This document shows positions 9,426 through 19,728 of a stretch of 64,000 bases of DNA, in pieces (positions within the stretch are counted from its first letter, which is position 1; every line of letters begins with the position of its first letter). A program made the position numbers and the translations under genes. Location: contig JAWLHY010000006.1 in NCBI GenBank assembly GCA_041690135.1, forward strand, positions 128,001 to 192,000. The letters are read 5' to 3'. This DNA is from Armatimonadota bacterium (GTDB lineage Bacteria; Armatimonadota; SYMT01). The notes under the pieces are model-generated. The model made no database searches and had not been told where the DNA came from. It saw only the letters and a list, made by a program, of their open reading frames with translations.

Positions 9426-10289
9426 GTGACCGCAATCCTGGAACAATCGGTCCCGACCCCGCATGGGTCCCTCAACGTAGCTATCGGGCCCGAAAACGGT
9501 CCCCCGCTCCTCTTTCTCCACGGTGTCTGTCGACGCTGGCAGGACTTTTTCCCGCTGCTGACCCCTCTTTCGCTCCGGTGGCAGGTAATCGTGCCGGATT
9601 TTCGGGGCCACGGCGCCTCGTATCGCAAGCCGGGTGGCTACCGGGTGATCGACTATGTGGAAGACGCCCTCGCCTGCTTGAGCCTGGCACCTACCCCGGC
9701 GGCCATTTATGGCCACTCCCTGGGCGCGATGGTCGCCTGCGGCGCGGCCGCCGCGGCAGGCCCCCGCGTGCGAGGCCTCATCCTCGAAGATCCACCGTTC
9801 GACACGCTCGGCGCCGGGATATTTCGCACCGCTTTCCATTCGCTGTTCTGCGGCATGCAACTGCTGGCCGGCCAGAGTGATCGCCCTACCGCCGAGATCG
9901 CGGCCGATATGGCGGAGATCCGGCTTCCCGGCCCCCAGGGGCCCGCCACCGTAAGGCTCGGGGACGTGCGCGACGCCGTCCACCTCCGGTTCGGGGCGCG
10001 CTGCCTGCAGTTCCTCGATCCGGCCGTGCTGACGCCGCTGACCGCGGGCGCCTGGCTCGACGGTTATGACAAAGCGATTCTTCTCCCCCGCGCGCAGTGC
10101 CCCGCCCTACTGCTGGTGGGCAATGTTGACCGGGGCGGCATGCTCCCAGGGCCCGCCGCCGCTACCGTCGCCACTTTGCTTCCGGATTGCGCGCTACTCA
10201 ACCTGGAGGACGGGGGCCATCTGCTGCACTGGTCGCACACGCAGGAAGTACTGAACCATACCACCCTTTTTCTGGAATCGATTCGGTAG
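9426..10289 (+). CDS. Alpha/beta-fold hydrolase
   Basis: FLHG, DFRGHG, nucleophile elbow GHSLG, C-terminal GGH; GTG start after GGAG. Confidence 0.85.
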   Translation: MTAILEQSVPTPHGSLNVAIGPENGPPLLFLHGVCRRWQDFFPLLTPLSLRWQVIVPDFRGHGASYRKPGGYRVIDYVEDALACLSLAPTPAAIYGHSLGAMVACGAAAAAGPRVRGLILEDPPFDTLGAGIFRTAFHSLFCGMQLLAGQSDRPTAEIAADMAEIRLPGPQGPATVRLGDVRDAVHLRFGARCLQFLDPAVLTPLTAGAWLDGYDKAILLPRAQCPALLLVGNVDRGGMLPGPAAATVATLLPDCALLNLEDGGHLLHWSHTQEVLNHTTLFLESIR

Positions 10290-10298
10290 GAGATCCCG

Positions 10299-11564
10299 AT
10301 GCAGAACGCAGTTGGAACGACAGTCATTTCGAACGGGCAGATCGTGGACGGCACAGGAGCCCCACCGATTGCCGAGGGAACGGTCGTCATCCGGGATGGA
10401 AAAATAGCCTACGCCGGTCCCGCCGCGGTAGCGCCGGACGCCCCGCCGGATGCCGCCCGGATCGACGCCCAGGGTGGAACGATCATGCCCGGGCTGGTGG
10501 AAGCGCACTTCCACCCCACCTACTTCAACGTGGCGGCGCTCGAGGATCTGGACATCAAGTACCCGGTCGAGTACGTGACCCTGCTCGCCGCCGCGAACGC
10601 CCGCCTGGCCCTGGAATGCGGCTACACCGCCGCTCGCAGCGGGGGCAGCCTGTTCAACATCGACGTGTGGCTGAAGAAGGCGATCGAGGAAGGGGTCACT
10701 CCCGGGCCGCGACTGGCGGCGAGTGGACGGGAGATCTGCGGTGTGGGCGGACTGATGGACTGGAACCCTGATTTCCGCAAGATCGGGATGGAAGGGCTCG
10801 TCCTGTTGGTGAACGGCGCCGACGAGGCCCGTGCCGCGGTGCGCAAGCTCGTTAAGGACGGCGTGGAGTGGGTAAAGACCTACCCCACCGGTGATGCCGC
10901 CGCCCCGGACACTAACGACCACCACACCCTCTGCATGACCTTCGAGGAGATGCATGCCGTCGTGCGCACCGCGCACAACCACAACCTGAAAGTCACCGGC
11001 CACTGCCGCGCCACCGAAGGGATCAAGAATGCCCTGCGCGCGGGCTACGACACCCTGGAACATGGAACCTTTATGGACCAGGAAGCACTCGACCTGCTGT
11101 TGCAGCGGAATACGCCGGTGATACCCGCGCTGCAGTTTGAGTTGGCCAGCGTGGAACGCGGCCCCGAGGTCGGAATGCCGCAGTCCGTCATCGACGGTCA
11201 CCGGGAGACCCTGGAAGGCGGCGCCGAAAGCGCTCGCATGATCCTGAAGGCCGGAGGCCGCGTCGGCATGGGCGGCGACTACGGCTTTGCCTGGAACCCC
11301 CACGGCACCTATGCGAAGGAACTCTCCTTCTTCGTCAACTACGTCGGCTTCAGCCCACTGGAGACGATCAAGTGCGCCACGAAGACCGGCGCCGAGATCA
11401 TGGGCCGGGGTCAAGAGTTCGGCACCCTGGAGGCCGGCAAGCTCGCGGATATCCTCATAGTACGGGGCAACGTGCTCCAGGACATTTCAATCCTGGAAGA
11501 TCGCTCCCGCTTCCTCGCGGTAATGCAGGGCGGCGAAATCAAAGCCGGCCTACTCCACGCCTGA
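10299..11564 (+). CDS. Metal-dependent amidohydrolase (Xaa-Pro dipeptidase-like)
   Basis: PGLVEAHFH, WVKTY, TGHC, LEHG, GGD, GKLAD. Confidence 0.9.
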   Translation: MQNAVGTTVISNGQIVDGTGAPPIAEGTVVIRDGKIAYAGPAAVAPDAPPDAARIDAQGGTIMPGLVEAHFHPTYFNVAALEDLDIKYPVEYVTLLAAANARLALECGYTAARSGGSLFNIDVWLKKAIEEGVTPGPRLAASGREICGVGGLMDWNPDFRKIGMEGLVLLVNGADEARAAVRKLVKDGVEWVKTYPTGDAAAPDTNDHHTLCMTFEEMHAVVRTAHNHNLKVTGHCRATEGIKNALRAGYDTLEHGTFMDQEALDLLLQRNTPVIPALQFELASVERGPEVGMPQSVIDGHRETLEGGAESARMILKAGGRVGMGGDYGFAWNPHGTYAKELSFFVNYVGFSPLETIKCATKTGAEIMGRGQEFGTLEAGKLADILIVRGNVLQDISILEDRSRFLAVMQGGEIKAGLLHA

Positions 11565-11582
11565 ACCGCGCCAGAAAATACA

Positions 11583-11623
11583 ACACACGGCGCTGGGTAG
11601 CATGGTAGCGCCGTGTGTCTTTT
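11583..11623 (+). terminator. Intrinsic terminator
   Basis: 12-bp stem acacacggcgct/agcgccgtgtgt followed by CTTTT between convergent genes. Confidence 0.7.
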
Positions 11624-11684
11624 CTGCGACCGGGCAGCCTTAGCTTGCTGCCCGGTGCAGTCGATGAATGATTCGGCGTGCGGC

Positions 11685-12467
11685 TTACGGCGTGGAGCCG
11701 ATCGAACCGTTGTCGCGCACGATACCCCAGAGTTCCGTCCGCCCATCGTAAGGACCGCCGGCCACGACCCAAATGCCGTCCGGTCGCTGCCGGGCCTTCT
11801 GGTACTTGGCGTGACCATCCGCATACGTCACGGAAACGCCGTCGTGGTGGCGCGGCTTTTTGCCAGGTACGGTGATCGGACTGTTGAACTGGCAGGCATT
11901 CCCATAGGCGCCCGAGCAGAGCGGCCCGCAGAGGTAGCCGTCGTAGAAGATCGTCGTGTCGGCCGGTCGGGGGAGGGAGGCCAACGCGGTCGGCGGTGAG
12001 GCACTGGCTCCGAAAATCGGATTCCCGACTCCTTCCTGGAAGATGGCGTAGTTGGCGTTGTAACTGAAGTACCGGAAGTTGCCCATCGACGTACCCATAG
12101 CGCCACCAAAGCAGCCCGCCGGCGGCCCCTGCGTGAGGAGTGCCACCCAATCCATCTCCGTAGGACCGCTGGGACAGGTCATAATCCCCGCGTTCTTCGA
12201 GTAGGGGAGAACGGCGTCATACACGGAGAAAGCGCGCGGGCTCCCTGTACTCATGTCCGGGTAAACCGAAAGTGGGTACAACTCGTCGTAGTCCTGCACG
12301 TACATCATCGTCGCGGTGCCGAACTGTTTGGTGTTGTTGAGACAACTGGTTTTCCGTGCCGCCTCCCGAGCCTGGGCGAACACGGGGAACAGGATCGCGG
12401 CCAGAATGGCGATGATGGCTATGACCACGAGAAGCTCGATCAGGGTAAATGCACGACGGCGTGGCAT
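11685..12467 (-). CDS. Prepilin-type N-terminal cleavage/methylation protein (DUF1559-like, H-X9-DG C-terminus)
   Basis: [33 protein letters not shown]; [16 protein letters not shown]. Confidence 0.9.
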   Translation of the reverse strand: MPRRRAFTLIELLVVIAIIAILAAILFPVFAQAREAARKTSCLNNTKQFGTATMMYVQDYDELYPLSVYPDMSTGSPRAFSVYDAVLPYSKNAGIMTCPSGPTEMDWVALLTQGPPAGCFGGAMGTSMGNFRYFSYNANYAIFQEGVGNPIFGASASPPTALASLPRPADTTIFYDGYLCGPLCSGAYGNACQFNSPITVPGKKPRHHDGVSVTYADGHAKYQKARQRPDGIWVVAGGPYDGRTELWGIVRDNGSIGSTP

Positions 12468-12699
12468 ATGGGAATCCTCCCTCTATCCTGAGACGGTTCG
12501 AACCAACCAACCGAAGTGAGCCAAGCAAGCGGCTCCACACGAATGTTCGACGATCGTAGCGTTACTACCTGCCTTTAGACGTCCATTTGAGGGACAACGA
12601 TGCAACCAAATGGCCTAAATTTCGTCTCGTGATGGAAAAATCGCCGCTCGGTCCCCGTAACCGCATCCTAGCTTGCCCGTTTAACCTGACTGAGAAGGG

Positions 12700-13425
12700 T
12701 TGTTAGCCACGATGCTGCAAATGATTTCTCCACAATCAACGGTTGAAGAGTACCTGGCCCACGTGGAGGGCCGTCTTACCGGTCTGCCCGCAGAGACGCG
12801 CCGCGAGCTCCTCGAGCAAACCCGGGCACGCATCGAGCTGGAGTTGGAGATTCAATCCATTTCGCCCAGCGATCGGGAGGAAGTGGAGGTCGTGCTCGGC
12901 CGGCTCGGTTCGCCGGAGGAATTGGGGGACCAACTTGCCCGCACCGCCCAGGCCCCGACCGCCGAAACGCCGGCCTCTCACGTTGCGAGCTCGGGCCTCA
13001 CTTACTGCCGCGCCTGTACGAAGGAAGTCAGCCGCGAGGCGATGACCTGCCCGCACTGCGGCGCACCCTACCCGGCTCGGCAGAACTGGCAGGGTTGGGG
13101 GTACGAGTGGAAGTCGAAGCAGACCCTCTTCGGGCTGCCCCTGGTGCACGTCGCCTTTGGAAGGGACAAGGATGGCAAGGTCCGCGTTGCCAAGGGCGTG
13201 GTAGCGATCGGGCAGTTCGCCGTGGGCGCCGTCACCATCGCGCAGTTCGGCGTGGGCGCGATTTTCGGGCTTGGTCAGTTCGTGGCGGCCCCGCTGGCGA
13301 TCGGGCAGTTCGCCCTGGGACTGGCCGCCATCGGCCAGATCGGAATCGGTCTGTTCTACGGTCTGGGCCAGTTCGCCACCGGCATCTGGCATACGGACAT
13401 GCGGAGCCTCTTCGGACCGCGTTGA
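12700..13425 (+). CDS. Membrane protein with HAAS-like N-terminus, zinc ribbon and Gly-rich xGQF repeats
   Basis: YLAHVEGRL...LGSPEELG; CRAC-x10-CPHCG; YEWKSKQTLFGLPLVHV; start uncertain (12700-12721). Confidence 0.7.
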   Translation: MLATMLQMISPQSTVEEYLAHVEGRLTGLPAETRRELLEQTRARIELELEIQSISPSDREEVEVVLGRLGSPEELGDQLARTAQAPTAETPASHVASSGLTYCRACTKEVSREAMTCPHCGAPYPARQNWQGWGYEWKSKQTLFGLPLVHVAFGRDKDGKVRVAKGVVAIGQFAVGAVTIAQFGVGAIFGLGQFVAAPLAIGQFALGLAAIGQIGIGLFYGLGQFATGIWHTDMRSLFGPR

Positions 13426-13471
13426 GGCCGGCACTCAAGTGAGTTTCTTATATGACTGTTTCCATCCAGCC

Positions 13472-14317
13472 GTGACGGTAACGGACCCATACCTCCCTGC
13501 GGCTGCCAGAGCCGTTATCGAAGATTACCTGTGCCGGCTGGAGGCCTCTCTGCCGGGTCTACTGGAGGGCTTTTACCTTCATGGCTCGCTGGCCCTGGGG
13601 GCGTTCAACCGGTCTTCCAGTGATATCGATTTCGTTGCGGTACTGCGCCGACCGCTTGTCGCAGAAGAGGTCGCGCAACTCCGCAAGATCCACGACGCGG
13701 TAGCCGCGGCGCACCCGGCACCGGTTTTGGAGGGAAGCTACCTCCAATGGGAGCACCTGGGGCAACCGGAGGAGGCGATTCCCGCCTCGCCATGCTACCA
13801 CGAGGGACACTTATCCCCCCTCGGCCACCTCGACCACAACCTGGTCACGTGGTGGGTCCTGAAGGAGCGCGGCATCCCGCTTGTCGGTCCCCCACCTGCC
13901 GAGTTGGCTTACACCGTGGATTGGAACCTCCTCGTCACGCAGATGCAGGAGAACCTGAACACCTACTGGCGGGGCTGGACCCAGGATCCGCGGCGGGTGG
14001 CCGCTCTGTCCCAGGATTGGGCCGTGGAATGGTGCGTTCTGGGAGTGCTGCGACAGTTCTACACGTTCCGCGAACGGGACATCACCTCCAAAACCGGAGC
14101 CGGCGAGTATGCTCTGCGCACGCTTCCTCCGGAGCGGCACCGCATTGTTCGGGAGGCCATTCACCTCCGCGAGCAGATCGCGGAAAGGGTCTACGTCTCC
14201 CCCGAAGAACGCGCCGCCGCCGCGCTGGCACACCTGGAATACATCATCGCCACCTGCAACGAGTTGCTACCTGGAACAGCGATCAGGTCTACGGCCCCTC
14301 TACCGGATACTCCATAA
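13472..14317 (+). CDS. Nucleotidyltransferase of aminoglycoside adenylyltransferase type (DUF4111-like C-terminus)
   Basis: YLHGSLALG...SSDIDF; ITSKTGAGEYAL; start uncertain. Confidence 0.75.
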   Translation: MTVTDPYLPAAARAVIEDYLCRLEASLPGLLEGFYLHGSLALGAFNRSSSDIDFVAVLRRPLVAEEVAQLRKIHDAVAAAHPAPVLEGSYLQWEHLGQPEEAIPASPCYHEGHLSPLGHLDHNLVTWWVLKERGIPLVGPPPAELAYTVDWNLLVTQMQENLNTYWRGWTQDPRRVAALSQDWAVEWCVLGVLRQFYTFRERDITSKTGAGEYALRTLPPERHRIVREAIHLREQIAERVYVSPEERAAAALAHLEYIIATCNELLPGTAIRSTAPLPDTP

Positions 14318-16106
14318 TCCGCAGCGGCCCCTCATCGCTGACCAACGGCGCCAGCACGGGGTTCCGCAGGAGGTCTTCCAGGCGGTGGTGCTCTCCATCC
14401 ACCCACACGCACTGCTTCACCAGCCGCACCCCGTGGCTGTAGTCCACGTAGCCGGAATGATGGACGATGGTCAGGGGTTGGATCGGCTTTCCCCCGGTCC
14501 GGTGCCAGCCGTAAATCGCCACCCGGTTCGGTTTCTCCAGCAGCCGGTTGGAAAGGACCACGTCCTTCTTCGTCCCCACCACCAGTTCCCCGGGTTCCCG
14601 CAGCCCCCGCTGCGCTTCGATTCGGCGGTGGTGCTCCAAAAACGCCTTTACGCTCTCCCGGTCCTGGGTGAGAGGGAGCGGCTCCAACCGCAGCCCGGCG
14701 TGGCGGTAGAGATCATCGACGATCTTCCGCGTGGGGAGCATACAGTCCCACGCCGTCGCCACGCGCTGCGCCGCCATCGGCGTGAGAGGCACCCGGACCC
14801 AGTTCTCTTCTCCACCGAGGGCGAGATAGTCCGCCATCACTGCATAGCGGACCCGCCGCTCGTTCCCACCCGCATCGCGAGCGGTGGTTTCCACCATTAC
14901 AAAGCGACGTCCCGCCTCCGGGACGTTCCCGGACAGCAGTTCCGCGGTCAAAACCCGCTCCCGCTCCTTCACCGGAAGTGCGGCCACTTTCTCGAGGAGC
15001 ACGCTGCCACCCGCGGCCCCGGCGCACCGCTGGGGAATGACAACCCCGGATCCCCCTTCCGGGAGTTCCGCCGATGGTTGCACCCACCTCACGTAAGCCC
15101 GTGGAGGAGCGAAATCCCCCCACGCACCCACGGCAGGCGTGCCCACGGTCAACGCGTGCAGCAGCCCGTTCCACTCTCCCACCATGGTCGTGTGGAGAAT
15201 CTGGTTCTCCGGGTTGGTGTGGACCCACCAGCTAGCACCTCCCCCCAGGGCGACATACCGGTTGAGGTCTCCCTCTTTCTCCTCGGTAACCGTTCCCACC
15301 TTGCGGAAGCTCTCCAGCATCCGGTGCGACGCGCGAAAAGTGCCGCCGGTCGGGCCCACCACCGGCTTCCCGTCCAGCACAATCTTCCGATCGTCGTAGG
15401 CCAGCACCACCAGCCGCCGTCCGGCGTTCCCTTCCAGCCAGGACCGCAGACGGGCGAAATGGAGATTCGCTTCGTAAGAGTAGTTCGCGTCGAGAAAGGC
15501 GATTCGATCCACGACGGACGGAATCGCCGCCCCTCCAGTGATGTAGGAGAAAAGGAATGCTCCGCCGCCGCTGTGGCCCGTCAGGCTGACCCGCTTCACC
15601 GTTCCGGGGAGTTGAGATAGCGTTGTGTCCACCAACTCTCGGATGCACTGTCCGGCATCGGCGCGGTCTCGCCGCCATGCGGGCCAGCTCTTTCCGTCCG
15701 CCTGCACGCATGCCAGGAACACGTTCTCGTGCGGGTCCACTTCCCGCAGCCGGCGCACCTGGGCGGCCACATGCTGAATATCGTACCGCCAACTGATTCC
15801 CGGTCCCGGCCGGCACCCAAGCGATTCCGCGAGGGTGGAGCCGTTCGGGGCAGCGTAGACCACCAGCCGCGTCGGCCGCTCCGGCGCAATCCGCGCGGGA
15901 GCGTTCAATACCATCCGCATCCCGTCCGGCGTGCGGCACTCCCGAACCTGCTCGCAAAACCAGCCGTGGCGGGCCACGGTGAACCTGGAGGTGGCTTCGG
16001 GATCCCGTCGCGTCTCCCCACGCACGGCACCCATCGCCAGTGAGAGAAGCACCAACCCAACACAACAGCCCGCCCGAACACCAGTCCAGGATGCTCGATC
16101 GATCAT
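14289..16106 (-). CDS. Exported two-domain protein: hydrolase-like (GHSGG) domain plus conserved unknown C-terminal domain
   Basis: Signal-like N-terminus; LTGHSGGG; DYLALG, GTKKDVV, AIYGWH, PIQP, YVDYSHG; TGATG overlap with upstream gene. Confidence 0.7.
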   Translation of the reverse strand: MIDRASWTGVRAGCCVGLVLLSLAMGAVRGETRRDPEATSRFTVARHGWFCEQVRECRTPDGMRMVLNAPARIAPERPTRLVVYAAPNGSTLAESLGCRPGPGISWRYDIQHVAAQVRRLREVDPHENVFLACVQADGKSWPAWRRDRADAGQCIRELVDTTLSQLPGTVKRVSLTGHSGGGAFLFSYITGGAAIPSVVDRIAFLDANYSYEANLHFARLRSWLEGNAGRRLVVLAYDDRKIVLDGKPVVGPTGGTFRASHRMLESFRKVGTVTEEKEGDLNRYVALGGGASWWVHTNPENQILHTTMVGEWNGLLHALTVGTPAVGAWGDFAPPRAYVRWVQPSAELPEGGSGVVIPQRCAGAAGGSVLLEKVAALPVKERERVLTAELLSGNVPEAGRRFVMVETTARDAGGNERRVRYAVMADYLALGGEENWVRVPLTPMAAQRVATAWDCMLPTRKIVDDLYRHAGLRLEPLPLTQDRESVKAFLEHHRRIEAQRGLREPGELVVGTKKDVVLSNRLLEKPNRVAIYGWHRTGGKPIQPLTIVHHSGYVDYSHGVRLVKQCVWVDGEHHRLEDLLRNPVLAPLVSDEGPLRIMEYPVEGP

Positions 16107-16882
16107 CACCGAAGGCCAGCCTCCCGCAGCCGAGTCACTGCCCACTCAGCATCTTCCGCCCGCAGTGGCGGATCAGGCGGAGTGGTGTAATCTACCCTGG
16201 ACGCATACCGTCCACGTTCGTAGACCTCCGCGTAAACCCTCCCAAACGCCACTCGTGGCTCGACTTCTCCGGGTTGGAGCGGTAACGGGAATACCGGAAT
16301 CGGGTCTCGCACCGAGAACGGAAGAAGCTGCGCTCTAGGACGCTGCGACGCCCGGCAGATGAGGACGCCGTAATCGTAATCGGCGGGACTACCCTGCGCC
16401 GGCATTCGCGGCCCGGCCCGTTGGAGGTCGATCTCCACGAGATTGGTCTCCGATGCGGTGATGGCGCCGCGCTTGAGGAGATACTCGTCCCGGCCGTTCC
16501 CCGGCAGTTTGTTTGTCGGAGACAGGATCTCAATGACGGTGACCAACTCATCCAGGCCGCCGGCGCTCCGGATCTCCAGGTACCGTTCGCGGATCGGGTT
16601 CTCGGCGGGAACCTGCACTTCCACGCCCATCTCCAGCACCGCACTGGCTGTACCGCGCTTGGAACCGGAAGGCTCCACCGCCGCCACCGCCACGTCCGGC
16701 AGCCGGATACCGTCGCTGGCGGGGCGGCTGACGGAGGTCCGCTCCTCGACCGAAACGTAATAGGCGGGCGGCAGCACCGTATCGATCAGGTCCGCCAGGC
16801 CCACGATCAGCCGGGTATGGAAGGGGTGCCAGAGCAGCGGGTTTTCCAGGTACGGATCGACGCCGGGAAATGGAGAACGCAT
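16106..16882 (-). CDS. DUF4058-family protein (restriction endonuclease-like fold)
   Basis: MRSPFPGVDPYLE..W..FH; PDV; VTVIEILSPTNK; LVEIDL. Confidence 0.9.
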   Translation of the reverse strand: MRSPFPGVDPYLENPLLWHPFHTRLIVGLADLIDTVLPPAYYVSVEERTSVSRPASDGIRLPDVAVAAVEPSGSKRGTASAVLEMGVEVQVPAENPIRERYLEIRSAGGLDELVTVIEILSPTNKLPGNGRDEYLLKRGAITASETNLVEIDLQRAGPRMPAQGSPADYDYGVLICRASQRPRAQLLPFSVRDPIPVFPLPLQPGEVEPRVAFGRVYAEVYERGRYASRVDYTTPPDPPLRAEDAEWAVTRLREAGLR

Positions 16883-16901
16883 GGGAGGACCTCCATCCCT
16901 A

Positions 16902-18524
16902 TCATAGCGGATAAGCGGGCAGCGTCGTCAGCCGCGGATCGTCCACCGCTCCACCCACGGTGAAGTGGTAGAGACTCTGGAATGCAGCATCTTGCAGGCC
17001 CAGCAACTCGTGCATCGGATCATCGAAGAAGCAGCCGATCCCTGTGGCCCGCACCCCCGTCGCCTCCGCCTCCAGATAAAGCACCTGTCCGATGACTCCG
17101 CACTCCCAGAACAACCGCGGATAGACCCAGGGACCGCACTCCCGCAGCGGCGCTTCGAACTCGGCGAGCATCCCCAGGCTGAAACAGCCGTCCACCGCGA
17201 TCTCCTGATGGCAGGAGAGACGCTGCGCCGCTGACTGCGCGTCCGCTGTCAGCAGCCGGTACAATCCCAGGTGCTCCGGGCACTCCCGCGGTTTCTCCCA
17301 TGCGAAGTCCGGCCGCAGCGCCGCCTGGAGCACGGGGAGACTGCCGGGGTTCCGCACGAGCAGGTAGAGTCCGGGCTCCACGTCTTGAACCCGGTGGACG
17401 AACAACGCCAGGTGCACCCGCGGCTCCCAGGGCAGCGTGCGGAACGGCACCTGGTCCGGACCGGGAAGCGTCTTGAGGAGAATCTGGTAGAACGCGGCGC
17501 GGGTGATGCCGGTGCGACCGTCCATGTCCACCGCGCTCCGTCGCTGCCGGATGATCCGCCGCAGCGGCACCAGCGACTCTTCTACCTTCAGCCGTGGTGT
17601 GATCGAAGCACGCTTCTCACCCGTGGAGAGAGTATTCGGCTTCCAGGCGGCGTGAGCGACGGCATCGATGCCCGGCCAGTCCACGTGCTCCTCGCTCAGC
17701 CGGTTAGGCCGCCCCCGCCACTCCAGGGAACCGAACCGGTCGACGACCGCCGCGGAAAACCCAAGCCGCTCCCCATCGAACGCCTCGGGGGAAAGCGCGA
17801 GGAGGCAGTCCGGGTGCTCGGTCTCTGCTTCCGAGACTTCCCAGAGCCCCAGCAGCCGCCGGATCTGCTCGGACCCCAGTCCATCCAGCAGCCGTGTTCT
17901 CCACCCTAGCCCGGCCGCGGCGATTGCCACCGCACCGATGGCATGCCCCACGTCGTGCTGACAGTACCGGTAGGCGCGCAGCCCATACTTCCACGCTTCC
18001 CGCCAGTGGATCGACGAGAGCCCCACCAGAACCACGGGATCCGGCAGGCCGGCTGTGAGCGCCTCCCAGTCCTCTCGGAGCACCTCGGTGCGGATCTCCA
18101 GCGCGTGCTCCCGCGGTGCGTAATGTGCGACGATCGGGGTGCGACAAACGCCCTCCACGGGTCCCGACAGCAGGTACCCCTCGGTGGGATGCAGGTTGCC
18201 GCTGGAGGGATTGACTCGCAGCGCCCAGCGACTCCCGCCAGCCTGCTTCCAGGCGGAGAGCGCCAGGCTGTCGAAGAAGAGTTGCGAGACAAACGCCCGG
18301 TCCAGCGTGGCCGGCGGCAGGCAGCCTTCCAGGAACGCCGGCTCGTAACGCGGCATCTCCGTGGGAGGCACCCGATCGAGCGGAACCAGGGGCGCCCCCG
18401 CGTATCGCCGGAAAGGATCCGGCTGATTCGCCCAGTCGAGATACCCCGGCCCCGGTGCGTACCGGTGGAAATCGTGCTTACTCTGCTGGTGATACTCCAG
18501 CACTCTCCTCAGATCAGTTTCCAT
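16902..18524 (-). CDS. SagB/ThcOx-like tandem nitroreductase-domain protein
   Basis: LDWANQPDPFRRY, LRVNPSSGNLHPTE, WKYGLRAYRYCQHDVGH, RRSAVD, TGIGCFFDD. Confidence 0.9.
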   Translation of the reverse strand: METDLRRVLEYHQQSKHDFHRYAPGPGYLDWANQPDPFRRYAGAPLVPLDRVPPTEMPRYEPAFLEGCLPPATLDRAFVSQLFFDSLALSAWKQAGGSRWALRVNPSSGNLHPTEGYLLSGPVEGVCRTPIVAHYAPREHALEIRTEVLREDWEALTAGLPDPVVLVGLSSIHWREAWKYGLRAYRYCQHDVGHAIGAVAIAAAGLGWRTRLLDGLGSEQIRRLLGLWEVSEAETEHPDCLLALSPEAFDGERLGFSAAVVDRFGSLEWRGRPNRLSEEHVDWPGIDAVAHAAWKPNTLSTGEKRASITPRLKVEESLVPLRRIIRQRRSAVDMDGRTGITRAAFYQILLKTLPGPDQVPFRTLPWEPRVHLALFVHRVQDVEPGLYLLVRNPGSLPVLQAALRPDFAWEKPRECPEHLGLYRLLTADAQSAAQRLSCHQEIAVDGCFSLGMLAEFEAPLRECGPWVYPRLFWECGVIGQVLYLEAEATGVRATGIGCFFDDPMHELLGLQDAAFQSLYHFTVGGAVDDPRLTTLPAYPL

Positions 18525-18625
18525 GCCGGTTCAGTGTACCCCGCAGGCCCGAAATCGCCCTTTCCACCGCCTCGCAACCATCTCCCCAGTTCCCACCCCG
18601 CCAACCCTACCCCCGGCCTGCTCCA

Positions 18626-18830
18626 TGTCATCCCGTACAGCGTGAAGGATCTCCTTGCGACCCTGCCCCAGCCACCCGTCCTGCCAACTCAACACCCGCC
18701 TTGCCCCCACCCCTTGCGTTCACCGACCCCGCACCCCGCGCCGAATACCAACCACCACCCTGCCCCCTGTGGGAGTCCGGACACTCGTCCGGCGCTTCGC
18801 GACTTTGCCCCCGGATCCCGCCTCGCCAAC
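18626..18830 (+). repeat. Locus 1 of ~142-nt REP-headed repeat family (two units)
   Basis: GCGAC tail starts at 18657 and 18799; head GTGGGAGTCCGGAC-ACTC-GTCCGG at 18769. Confidence 0.75.
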
Positions 18831-18997
18831 CCCATTTCCCATCAAGTTTCGGTCGCTACAACCATCGACCCCGGCGCCCGTTATGGCCAAACATCGACTC
18901 CCACAACACCCTGCCCTCCTCGTAAGCACTACAGGAACCACGAGGCCACCTGCGGAAGTTAAAGCCACACACTTTACCAACGCCTCTCGGGACCCAA

Positions 18998-19420
18998 ATG
19001 CCGCGCCTCACCCCTTCCGAAAGCCAGACGACGCAGACCACACCCCCATCGGATACTACCGCCACCTCCCGAGCGGAACAGTTGGACCACGCTCGACAAC
19101 AGGATCGCCAGTGGCGCGCAGCCCGCGAGCGCAGCGTCCGCGGCCAGGTACACTGGCTCGACACCCTCCCCCATCGCTCATCTCGCAAGGTCTTCTGGAG
19201 CGTGTTCTTCGGTATTCCGCTCTTCCTTTACCTTCTGAACCTGGCGGGTGTCGTCGAGCTGGGGTCTCCATCGCTGTCACTCAAGACGTTGCCCGCTCTT
19301 TACCTGGTAGCCTGGGCTGCCACCGCCACCTGGCGCGCGGCCGTATCCCTCGCTTCCACGTCCGTACGCCGGATCGTCATCCGCCGCGCCCGCAACGCCG
19401 GCGTCGAAGTCGAAGAATGA
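18998..19420 (+). CDS. Small membrane protein (2 predicted TM segments)
   Basis: VFWSVFFGIPLFLYLL and LPALYLVAWAA hydrophobic stretches. Confidence 0.6.
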   Translation: MPRLTPSESQTTQTTPPSDTTATSRAEQLDHARQQDRQWRAARERSVRGQVHWLDTLPHRSSRKVFWSVFFGIPLFLYLLNLAGVVELGSPSLSLKTLPALYLVAWAATATWRAAVSLASTSVRRIVIRRARNAGVEVEE

Positions 19421-19728
19421 CCCCGGCAGTCGCTTTGACTAAACAAAACCGCAGAAGTCAGGTCGCCATCGGGACCCGCGACGGGCTGAAGCCGCGCCGC
19501 TCCCGTTACCCTACGGGGTGCCCGCCTTCGCGGGCACAGTCCGGCGAGGAGATGGGCACCCTGATCAGCGGTTCTGTTTAGGGATCCAGCATCAGGGCGT
19601 ACCGGGTTCCATTCGTGACCGTGATCGGTCCCCTCTCCACCCTCCACCCTCATCATAATCCTCATCCTAATCCGCCCCAGTACGGTAGACTTCCTCAGCC
19701 AGCCTCCTGCACATAAGGTAGCCGCCCC

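Noticed and set aside
13472-14317. Bona fide aminoglycoside resistance gene
   Set aside because: Only fold-level motifs are visible; no mobile context and substrate cannot be inferred
16902-18524. Thiazole/oxazole RiPP (TOMM) cluster
   Set aside because: SagB-like gene is stand-alone; no YcaO, precursor peptide or transporter adjacent
19514-19537. Additional copy of the GGGT-RCCC mini-hairpin
   Set aside because: GCCCGC-CTTC-GCGGGC fits better as part of a different degenerate REP-like element at about 19480-19550; ambiguous, so not counted
18655-19581. 308-aa Pro-rich ORF
   Set aside because: Reads through the C-rich repeat locus and overlaps the more plausible 140-aa membrane protein in another frame
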